Part shown: piece after piece, positions 1 to 11,198 of the stretch | Numbering within the stretch: the first letter of the stretch is position 1 | Layout of the letters: each line of letters starts with the position of its first letter | DNA from: Macrostomum hystrix | Taxonomy: Eukaryota > Animalia > Platyhelminthes | Reading direction: 5' to 3' | Assembly (NCBI GenBank): GCA_950097015.1 | Contig: CATNEN010000001.1 | Span: forward strand, 9,982,001 to 10,046,000 | DNA: 64,000 bases | Position numbers and translations under genes: made by a program | The notes under the pieces: model-generated | What the model saw: only the letters and a program-made list of their open reading frames with translations | Databases searched by the model: none | What the model was told of the DNA's origin: nothing

Positions 1-981
1 TGACCCATTTTTCGTGAAAATCCATCATCTGAATCAAATTTTTCTGCCCTATACGATGAACTAACTTTCAAAGTCGTCCGACGGCAGCATCGTTGTGATA
101 TTCAGCAATTCTTGTCGGAGACCCTGGTGACAAGGACAACTAACATTGCTCAACATAAAACTATTTGGTGAATCCATATTGGTTAAAAATGAAAAAAGAA
201 ACATTTTAATCAATCCAAAATAGTCAACAATGACAGCCGACATTACTACATGATAATGTAGTGACATTTCTGAGCAAAAATTGCTACTTTAAATTAGTTT
301 TTTATGCCACCAGACACCCTGACAAGAATCATTGAATATCTCAATGATGCCAATGTTTTGTAATTCTGGAAGTTGTTTCACCGGATAGAGCAGAAAATTT
401 TAGCCAGTGTTCTGGATTTTCATGACATTTTTTTGAATATTTTGTGAGATACAGAAAAAAATTGTGGGTATCTGAAATGCCCCGTGGTAATTTAAATGCT
501 AAAGGGTGGGATGAGAGTTGAAAATCCATTATAGAATGATAGAAAAGCAAATGAAAGGGAAAACAAATATTCACAATATTATTTCTTTGTTTATATGAAT
601 GTGCTAATTGCATTAATCCATAATAAATTGCATTATTTTTTAATTGCTGGATGTGGTACAAGTTTATGAAAATGGAATGCTACTTTAAAGTTTAAAACCC
701 AATTTCTGGTATGACTTTGCAGTGAAAACCCTGCTATATACACTCATTGATACCCATTCTAAAGGAGATTCATAGATGTATGAGCCTGAGCACCATATCT
801 ATAATCTATAACTATCTATAACTATAAGCACCATATCTAACCTAGTCACTTGTCAACTGATGTTTTGTCAAATGGTTGATGAAGTGACAAGAATTAAGAG
901 TGCCCTAAATAGTAGTTGACAAATTGACCAGATTTGCTGAGGCTAGAAATCTGTGGTTGACAAAGTGACCTAGCTTTCTTG

Positions 982-1341
982 GGGTGCATTTAAACAGCTT
1001 AGAATGATTTAAACTGGATTAAAACTGCATTATATCAATTATTTTTTTGATTAAATTTGGTAAAACATTTTATTTCAGGAGACATTCACAACTTTTCCTA
1101 AGTGTATTCATTCTTACAATACAACTAACTGCTCTAAAATATAAAAAACATGCTTGGACTAACAATGATCCGAAAATATTAACCAAAGGCATTACAAGAT
1201 GCTTAAACTGCAATTGACTAAAGCACACCAAATTTATCATCAAATTTCCATAAATTTACTTTGTTTTACTGATGTAGTTAAAATGTTGTTCTAAGCCAGT
1301 TTAAATAGATTTAAGCCATTCTAAGCTGCTTGAATGCACCC
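982..1341. mobile_element. MITE-like element with ~45-bp imperfect terminal inverted repeats
   Basis: Left end gggtgcatttaaacagcttagaatgatttaaa (from 982) matches the reverse complement of the right end tttaagccattctaagctgcttgaatgcaccc (to 1341). AT-rich non-coding interior; no clear TSD. Confidence 0.55.
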
Positions 1342-4220
1342 TTAGCTGTTTTGTAAACTTGTTTTCAACTAGCTGTAGAATATAATATGCAAAGTGCAAT
1401 ATGCAACATAACTATGAATATGAACATTAAATCCACTTGGTTTACTACATACACTGCTACTTTAGTCCCCCACCAGTCATTGGATCCATGCCATCATCCA
1501 CCTTTTCTCTCAACATGAAATGCAAAGTAAAGAGCTGATTGACTATACATGTAACTACGTGTTAGTATATGACTACATATATAATAATTGTACATGTTAC
1601 ATGTACACCCGCCCAATAATGGCCAACATAATTGCTACCTGATGTGCATGAGTTTACATGGCTATACTAAACGGGGCAAACCTTGCTAATTGGTTCATTG
1701 GTCCTCTGCTAAAGGGGGCTAACCTTGCTAAAGGGAGCATAGTTTCTCTGCTAATGAGAGGCATTGTTCTTTGCTAAAGTAGTTCTCTACTATAGAGGGC
1801 ACAACAAGACTTTCCAGAAAAAATCACCAATGTTGTTGATTACATGCTTGCTGAACAAGGCATCAGCAAATAGCAGCCATCCTTTATTGAACATATTCAG
1901 GCCATGGAATATGTTTGGGGATAAATGTAGTAAATAATAAACTCAAATATATAGTATATATGTAACTTTTTTATGCCTATACCTTTTGGCTCTTAACTAG
2001 AAATCATTGCCTTTGACTTTGTGCCTAGCACCTAGCCTAATAATACAGTTTAGTTTGTATAGCAGTATATATAGTAGGCTTATGCCTATGTACACAGTTA
2101 CTACATAATTGGCTAGTTGACAAAGTGACCAAATACAGGGATAAGTCCAGTTGATGAACATTTGACAAAATGACAGTTAATAAAATGATTAGCACCCAAT
2201 AAATTATGTTGTCCAATACTGTGTGTTTTATTACTATAACTTGTAACAATTAGGCCTACCAGGCTTAATAATTGATTTTGCAACTTAATACCAGTTCTAG
2301 TAGTACTCAGCACTCTTAACAATCAATATTTATTATTCAACGAATTAAAACTCATAAAAACGCAATAAGGAAATCTAGAAAATTTCTTCAATATGCTAGG
2401 GTCTATATTTATACATATTTGTTGGCACAGTTTTGTATAACTAAGCAATATAATGTACTTTTACTTACTTCATCTTATTTGCTGGCATTTTCAATGTCTG
2501 TATATGCCTTTTAAAAAATATTTACAAAGCTTTAAAAAAAACAAAAAAATAGAGGTTTTTTATTGGCTAATTAAATTTAGATTGAAATGTGAACTAAACT
2601 TGGCCTAACTAAATTTTCAGGAAGCTAGAATCTTAATATATAATTTTTATTTCTTCATTTTTACTGACTTCAAAGATCAATTGCTTATTTCAAACATATT
2701 AGTGAATGAGCCTTATGGCAGCATATGTTTTAGATTCTTATGAGCAAAATACACACATCCCTTTGTACTGGACATAAAAAACAAAGTCAACTCATAACCC
2801 TATGCAGACAGGTGCACAGTTCTATTACTATCACATTACTTACCAGTACTCAATAGAAACTATTACAGGTTGCGACATGGCGATCGACAGAAGTGCTCAG
2901 TAGAAAGGTAAAGTACAGAGTTGATTTAGTTTACTTAATTAAATTAACTCGCGACTCGAAAATGGCCATGAGAAGACCGCTCGAATCTGTATAGTTCAGT
3001 GATAAACAAAGATTTCACGTATAACAAATATATATACATAGCTTAATTTTTTTAACAATATTTATTGTCAAGAATATTCTTATTTTTGTCAATACATTTT
3101 TTAGCAAATAAATGTTCAAAAGTTAAAAGGTTCTTTCTTAACGCCTTTGTCTTTCTGTCGACATTTAAATGACGGTATACAAGTGAATGATACGAGTCGA
3201 AAATCATAACAACTTTTTATAAACGACAGGGGGTTTACAAAACATCCCTTGAAGCCAAGTACCGCCTAGGAAGCGAGCGAGCCGCAACCATAACTAGCAA
3301 TTCAACTTAAATAAGCAGGCAGTACTATATATAAAAAAATTGAAAGTCATTAGTCTGCAGAATTAATTGTAAGCCTGCTTAAGTCACCATTAAGCAGATT
3401 TAAACAATTTTTGAGCACCATACAGTTGATACACTTCATATCTCACACTCTCTCGGTAGATTCTGTGATATACACAACTTACGATCCTTCTGAACTACTA
3501 GCGAAAAATTGTTTCGCAGGCTCACAATCGATAAAATTATATAAAACGAATTTTTGCCAAAATTGTTAAACAAGAAAAGTGAAACTGATACAGCTCAAGA
3601 TTTTAAGTAACCAAGCAACAATCTCCTAGACGACCTGCGAGCGATTCTTTTGGATCCGATGCTGAATGAAGCAGTTCGTTTCTTCAGTGTGCAGATATGC
3701 TGAGCGAGAGTACACGAATTTAAACAACATTCTTATGTTCAAATTCCACCTTGAATTTCAAAATATCTTTGGACAAAACCAAAGCGTTAAAAATGATTAA
3801 ACTTAAAATTTGCTTTTATGGCCTTCGACGTCCAATTATCTATTAAACTTTGCTATAGTAATTCAGTTTCAATCCAAAAAACAGAAGCTTAAAATTATAA
3901 AAATAGTCAATTTGTGCAAAACTGTCACTTACAGTCTGCATACTTTATAAAAAACGAAATAGTGTCGTACCATATATTTAAAATTATTTATCTTCACATG
4001 TCGTCAAGTTTTAATTTCAAGATCTTATCATCAATAAACAGAACAGCACTCAAGTAAAAAACCGCTCAATGAACAGTATGCGTGTTTATGGAAGCAAATT
4101 TGAGTTGTGAAAGTGACTAAAAAACTACAGTGTCGCACAGGTCTCTGCAATAGTGCTCTATATAGTGCTCTGCAATAGGTCCGTAATAAAAAAGTTGATA
4201 AACTCGTAGATTCGCTTGGC

Positions 4221-7200
4221 TCACTCGCGCATGTAGCATTCGCACATGCAGGTGGAAATCTCCTCGATCCAGCACCAGCTCGCTGAAACGTGAAAAATGT
4301 GAGTCCACATCAGTATTAGCAGCTCTCACACAAGCTTTTGGTTCGCAATTCAGTCAGTTCTGAGGCGGACTTACGGTGCACCATGTTCTGCAGATCGTCG
4401 TAGGTGGCGGGCAGCGAGCTGAACGGCACAACGCCTGAGGCAGCCAGACCGATGAAGTTCAGAACCTAAGAATTCCAGGTAGAAGGCATTGCTTAGAGTT
4501 GGATTCGGTCTCAGAATAAGTTTAAGCATGAGGACTTACCTCTCCGATGGAAGTCTTGGCGGTGAGGGTCATGACGGAGCCGCCGGTGGCCTTGGCCAGG
4601 TAGTCAAACTCTCCCTTGTACACCGAGGGACCGCAGAAAGTGCCAGTGGCGATCACGTACAGCTTGATCTTCTTGGACACCAGCAAGGCGGCGACGTCGG
4701 CGGTCTTGTTCGCGTCTTTGGCAGCCGCGTCGGTGAACAGGATGAGCACGGATTTGTCGAGGGCCTCCTTCGCCGCGTCCTCGATGCCCGACATGGCGTA
4801 CTCTGGACAGTCGCCTCCGCCCGACGGAGCGATGCCATCCACGAAGCTCTGAATGACGCTCTCGTTGCTGGATCGGATGACATTCTTCACGTATGGATCG
4901 CCGAACCGAGCAACCACGTAGTCCTTGAAGACCGAGTTGTTGGCCATGATTGCTCCCACCTGACTGCGCACGGCGAAGATCTCGGCTCCCATCGATCCGC
5001 TGTCGTCAATGACGAATCCCAGAGAGCCAACCGGCTTCGGCTTGCAGGCTTTGGGCGGGGCACAGACCTTGTTGCGCATGGTCACTCGCTTGTATCCAGG
5101 CGGGCAGGGCGCTGCAATATTCATAGTAAGCGTTTGCAATCAACAGGTTAAATCAGAATCAGCAGTTATTGCATTGCAGGTATGCAATATTCGCTATAGA
5201 TTTAATAGATATAGATATAGATATAGATTTAAATTCTCACGCTTAATAGGCTTGCACTTGTGCACAATGACCCACTTGCAGCAATCTGAAGTGAAAGGGA
5301 TCGATAAAACTCATTCTTTTTAATCTAACATTGTATGGAAAATTCATTGAAACTTATTGTATTCGCAACACCAACTTACGCTCGGGCTTCCTCTTCCGAA
5401 TATCTTTCAGGTGGCGAGGGAACGGCTTCAACGAGCATTTGCCCGATGCAACCAAAGCGACAAACTCGAGAACCTAAATTTTAGGTCGATTAAAAGAGCT
5501 AAATAGAGTCGCTAAACAAAGTTCTAAAATCGATTGACTGTTTCTAAAGTTAATGAGAGCAAGATACGCACCTCGTTCACAGACGTCTTGGAAGTTAGCA
5601 TCATCACATCACCGCCTGTTGCCTTGGCTAGGTCGTCGAACTCTCCTTTGTACTCGCCTTTGCCACAGAAGGTGCCAGTGGCGATGACGAACAGTTTCGT
5701 GTTCTTGGACAGCAACAGAGCCTTCACAGCTGCCAGCTTGCTTGCGTCCTTGGCCGATGCGTCAGTGAACAAGATCAGCACGGAGTTCTTCCTCGCCTCC
5801 TTCGCAGCGTCCTCGATGCCCGACATGGCGTACTCGGGACAGTCGCCTCCGCCCGATGGAGCAATGCTATCCACGAAGCTCTGGATGACGGCCGGGTTGC
5901 TGGATCTGGTGACATTCTTTACGTAGGGATCGCCGAACCGAGCAACGACGTAGTCCTTAAAGATGGTGTTGTTGGCCATGATGGCTCCCACATGAGTTCG
6001 CACGGCGAAGATCTCGGCTCCCATCGACCCGGTGTCGTCAATGACGAATCCAAGAGAGCCGTACTTGTGCTTCTTGCAAGGACCGGGTTTGCAGACCTTC
6101 TTCTTCACCTCGACCTGCTCGTAGCCCTTAGGACAAGGACAGCTCTTTGTCTCAGGTGGAATGCACACGAGGTTCTCAACGCTGGTCTTGCACGAGCAGG
6201 CTGCATGAGGAGGTGAGGTAAATGCATTTCGTTAATTTTTGCCAGTGAAAATACCAAATTGGCTCTGAGAATGAGACTGCAGTTACTCACTTCCGTTGGC
6301 GATCGCCTTCAGATCTTCCAGAGTTGACGGCATGCCGCGGATGAAACGAATGCCCAGCTTGGCAAAGTTCTTGATGTAGTTCATCACGTAGTCCACGTCC
6401 GACTTGTCGGGTGTCATGTAGATGGTTCCATTGGTCGCGCTGGTGAGTCGGCCGAACTCGGCACCCATGCCGCAGAGATTTCCAGTCGCCAGCACATTCA
6501 GCCGGATGTTCTTGGATACCAGCAGAGCCTTCACCGCCGGTTCCAGAGTGAGGTCCTTGGCGCTCGCGTCAGTGAACACGAAGATCACGGATCCGGGACT
6601 CACTCGGTTCGCCACCTCCTGAATCCCACTCAGTGCCATCTCCGGGCAGTCGCCGCCGGCATGAGCGTTGATGGTGCTCACGAATCCGTTCAGGGCAGTG
6701 GCGTCTGACGACTCGAACACGTTCGACACGTACGGGTCGTTGAATGTTCCGATCACAAACTTGTTGAAGATTTTGTGCGTGGCAGCTAAATTAGGAAAGT
6801 GAAGAAGGGCGTCATCAGCGTCTTCTCAGTCTTTCAGGGTTCACTACAAATGCACAAGAAGTAATATGGATTGTAAACTCACCGACGACAGCCTGGATGC
6901 TTGCCTTCACGGACGCGATCTCCGTCGACATGCTGCCCGTGTCATCCACAACGAAGCCAATTGACACGTTGTAGTACTCGCGGTCTCCCGGGTCGACAAT
7001 CTCGATGGTGCGGTTCAGGCCGCTGCAACTGCACGACAGTCGCTTATCGTAGGTGCAGTTCTTCGACGGACAGCTGTCGCACACGGGATCTGCTTGTGGA
7101 ATATGCGAGGACTTATTTTTGTGGTCTTTTTTTCAGGAATGCCTATTCGGACTAAATATGACGAATAAATATGAGCTCATCGAAGGATTGTTCTACTCAA

Positions 7201-7321
7201 TTGATTCTCTGGTTTGGGACTGCAGAGACATGTCATCAGGCAGGAGAAACTCACCGAGCTGAGCTGAAACTTGAAGAACGAGGGCGGAGCCCAGAATGAG
7301 AAGCAGAGATTGAGCCTTCAT
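4221..7321 (-). CDS. Secreted triple-VWA-domain protein (hemicentin/VWA7-type VWA), copy A, ~753 aa, 9 exons
   Basis: Exons 7321-7255, 7089-6883, 6785-6291, 6200-5572, 5473-5380, 5285-5241, 5111-4540, 4465-4375, 4282-4221; all introns GT-AG and in phase (2262 nt). Signal peptide MKAQSLLLILGSALVLQVSAQ. Three VWA domains with FV(V/I)DD(T/S)GSM MIDAS, GGDCPE and FTDA motifs, separated by Cys/Pro/Lys-rich linkers. Ends WCWIEEISTCMCECYMRE*. Confidence 0.88.
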
Positions 7322-7420
7322 GGCGGCTTGCTTGCAGGCTTGCAGCTGAAATCTTTCTTGCAGAGAGGCTTGTGATTGCAGCAGCGAGTCTTTGAGATTG
7401 TGAGACCGTTTCAGCGTTTC

Positions 7421-7427
7421 TTATATA
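7421..7427 (-). promoter_or_regulatory. Candidate TATA box of VWA gene copy A
   Basis: Minus-strand TATATAA ~100 nt upstream of the ATG at 7321. Confidence 0.35.
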
Positions 7428-8399
7428 GACAGCTGTCGAATGTTTTCGCGCCGAAGTTTACAGGCATTGGTTGGGGGGTTTGCCATAAACACGATCTAAA
7501 TGATGTGATGCCTTGTATGGCTTTAGAAACCGACTGCAAGCACCTTGTAGCTCTCATTGTAGGAGCCTATCTGGGTTTTCGATGGTAAATAAACATTATG
7601 TTTTTCTTATGGTTAGCTGACAACCACTCTAGACTATTTTCGCCGAGTTTTTTTCTACTTCTAACCCGATTTTAAGGTTCAGTGATGTGGAGGCGAGAGT
7701 GATAAAAACGCTGTTGACTAATTTTCAATCCATTGTGCTGCTTACACACAATTGCCACAGTTCTTTTATTTGCTATTTAGTGATACTTTATATGATCTAT
7801 GTGAAAGCTCATGCTTCACATTTTAGAATTATCAAAAGCATCGAATGATTTTGAGTCGCAGTGCTCGATGCCGACGTTTTTTGCGATCGCTTCGCTTGGA
7901 GTCTGTGTCGGGTCCACAGTTTCGAAAGCAGGAATTGTGGAGAATCTGAAAGAACTGTAAAGCCATACTCGATCAAAACGCAAATTATATGTAGTGGTAA
8001 GCTACGAGAATGCTTCCCCGACTAAAATATCAATAAAGGGGTCGGAAATGGAAAACTCTATGCCGCCATCAGCATGCAGCCCTCAAATCTCCTAAATCGA
8101 TGGTCAGATCTCAATTGCTCCTTGCAATCTCGTATATCTTGCCGTCTCATCTGCTCCCATTCTCATCCCTCCTCCGTTTTGATGTCTGCCCTGCTTTGTC
8201 TCATCGCTGTCTCATCTCTTATCTTGTCGTATCTCACCCTCATTCATTACTACCCTGTCGCATTATCTCCGCTCTCTTGTCCAGATAACAGTCTCTTCTC
8301 CCCCGTCTTGTCTCTCCCATTTATCATCTCTCTGGTCTGTCTCATTACCTATATTGCTTATTTCTCTAATTTATGTCTTATCATTCTGGTGTTTCATTT

Positions 8400-8937
8400 T
8401 TCTATGGTGTCTCATCTCTCCTGTGTTTACAATTCTCACTCGTGTCTCATCGTTATTGTGTTACAATTCTCTCCCGTGCCTCATCTCTGCTATATTGCGA
8501 TTCTCTCTCGTGACTCATCTCTCCTGTGTTACAATCCTCTCTCGTGTCTCATCTCTCCTGTGTTACAATCCTCTCTCGTGTCTCATCTCTCCTGTGTTAC
8601 GATTCTCTCTCGTTTCTCATCATTATTGTGTTACAATTCTCTCTCATGTCTCATCTCTCCTGTGTTACAATCCTCTCTCGTGACTCATCTCTCCTGTGTT
8701 ACAATTCTCTCTCATGTCTCATCTCTCCTGTGTTACAATCCTCTCTCGTGTCTCATCTCTCTTTTGTTACAATCCTCTCTCGTGTCTCATCTCTCCTGTG
8801 TTACAATCCTCTCTCGTGTCTCATCTCTCTTTTGTTACAATTCTCTCTCGTGACTCATCTCTCCTGTATTTCATTCTCTCTCCTGTCGAATCTCTCCCGT
8901 GTTTCAATTCTCTCTCGTGACTCATCTCTCTTGTGTT
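8400..8937. repeat. ~35-bp minisatellite (gtctcatctctcctgtgttacaatcctctctcgt-like unit)
   Basis: Direct tandem repetition; contains the gtctcatctc core shared with the 16-bp GAGATGAGAC arrays; generates spurious repetitive ORFs. Confidence 0.9.
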
Positions 8938-9629
8938 AATCCGGTCCACTTTGGGTTCGCTTTTTTTCCAGCAGGAGGCACATATTTTTGTCAACTCCAG
9001 CTTCTACTCAAAAACATTCTGTACCCGTTTTTGTTATGAAATATTTACGAAAAATTTCGTTGGAAACAAATTCTGTAAGAAACTAATTACGTTCTTACAG
9101 TACTAGAATTGAAAGCAGTAAACAACAGGCTTATTTTACAGTAGAAAACATTTCTGCAGTAAATCTCGTACAACACGTAGTTTAGATGCAGTTGCTATTT
9201 ACAATCATGTTTCAAGTGCAGAACTTAGCATGAGCGCCTATGTTTAAACAATATCAATTCTTATTTTGAAGCTCACCATTGTCAGGAACGTCCCATGTCG
9301 AAACAAACTTACTTATCGGTTTGAATAAAATGTCAACGAAGTCGTTAAGATTGCAAAGTACAGGCCCTTGTACAATGTGGGTGAGCTGGTTTCAATCAAA
9401 GCTCCATTCAAAGTATTTCGAATTCTCAAATTAGGCATGCTCATTGTGTATTTTAAAAACGTTAAACTTTTAATTCATCAGAAACTAGACTTCGTGATTC
9501 TTTTGATTTCACAGACGTATTTGTTACGTCTTTGGGACGTCTTTGTCACACTCTATTAATCCATGAACCGGACGTTTTCTGCGTGCTATCTGCTTCCTTA
9601 CGCGAAAGCCACTGTTGAACCAAGAGTTC

Positions 9630-10310
9630 CTAAGACTTCAGACCTGACTTGACTCACTTGACTTATCTGCAGGGTGCACCGGCCCGAGCGGATGCAGCGA
9701 GGAGGCGTCAGAAGCCGCCCATTTCGCTAGTCCCTGGCAACCAGACGATCCACCAGACGAGTGGGGAAGAAGTCGGCTCTCCCTGTTTCCCTGCGGTACC
9801 GGGCAAGCAGCGGGATGCTCTCAGGCCCGCAAACGTCAGAAATGGTTGGGTTTGGCCCAAGGTATTTTATCCGTGCCCTCGTAAAGACTAGGCAGTGGCA
9901 GATAAAGTGCTCCGCATTTTCGCTGGCGGACTGGCAAAATGGGCACTGCTCCCCTGGTATCTGGCCCTGGAGGAAGCGGTGACGGGAAGCAGCCGTGCCC
10001 CTAAAGGGCCATACTGACCGCTCTGAGGTCTCTGCGATTGAGCTTTAGGTGAGCTTTACGCACGTTGTGCGAAGGATAAGGGACCGCGAGCTTGGACTGG
10101 CGACAGTTCTGGGTGTTCGTCCACCTCTCCTGGTGTTTAGATTACTCGTACATCCATCGCCTGATCTTGTTGCAGATCACTGAGGATGGGATCGGGGCCC
10201 CTGGTCCCGGGCCTGTCCGGGAGCCGGCTGCTGCAGCTCTTGTGACCTGGTCCGCCTTCTCGTTTCCCGGGAAGCCCGCATGGCCTGGGTTGACTTCAGA
10301 CCAGACGAAG
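9630..10310 (-). mobile_element. 5'-truncated, degraded non-LTR retrotransposon 3' end (RNase H C-terminus plus CCHC zinc knuckle)
   Basis: Minus-strand translation gives PGHAGFPGNEKADQVTRAAA (RNase H GH..GNE.AD motif), then GHGCF and CPFCQSASENAEHFICHC (LINE ORF2 C-terminal knuckle). Contains stops and a frameshift near 9985. GC-rich island. Confidence 0.8.
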
Positions 10311-11198
10311 GAGCTCAATGCGAAGTACAATGCTCTGTGTTACAGTATAAAAGCTGCTCACAAAATTCACAATCCAATCATCGAAAGCGATATTTCGGCC
10401 GTCTTTTCTTTACTTTTCTTTATTTTGAAAGGTCCGTGTGGAGCATCCTTATATTCGTTCTAGTTCGCATCTTGATTTACCTGTTGATAACAGAAAGTAA
10501 ACCGACGAGCATGACTTTAAGGTATTAAACTATGCCCTAATTCATGGCCACAATAACGAATTGTTACGAACAAACGAAAATAAACGTCTATTCAATAATG
10601 ACTGCATGAAAGTCGATGGTCGTTTACCCCCCTACATCATTCACTACGGCTGAATTGTAAGTTTGATAACTAATAACCACATTTTTTCAAGAAATAAATA
10701 AAGTGCGAGCTTTTTGTGTAAATATTTTCGGTAAATTTTTTGTTTACAAATTTTCACGAAAAGTTTAAGCATTCAGTTCGGTTAATACGTAAAATTATTA
10801 TCACTTATCACAAAGACGTGCTGAATGCAGGGAAGCAATGAAATTGTGACATCGCGTAATGGGGAGCATGGATAATAGCGAACACGAGGATTTCCTTCAG
10901 ACAAATAAGCAGCTCAAAAGAACACTTTTTCCGCACGACACTATTATGACAAGCGGGTTTTAGTAAAATAAATAATTTCTTGTCTTCCATTAGAATCAAC
11001 TAACAGTCCCTAGGTTCTGAGAACCGAGAGTAGTTAACACCGAGTTGAAACTGACGAATACCAGAGTTGAAAAATCAATTACACAAGAGACTACATGTTA
11101 ATCGCAGAAAAATGTCACAAGCTTTCTGTGATCTCAGAGTCTCACAGTAATACTCGCATAATTAAACTCGCAGATGACGGCTTTCGAATTCGCTTGGC

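Noticed and set aside
61-661. Short minus-strand ORFs at the window start
   Set aside because: No recognisable motif or convincing splice structure; could be a decayed element but cannot be supported.
4489-5151. Plus-strand ORFs antisense to VWA exons (likewise antisense ORFs over CLIC, FAAH, ENaC and cGLR)
   Set aside because: Shadow ORFs caused by GC-rich codon usage of the real genes.
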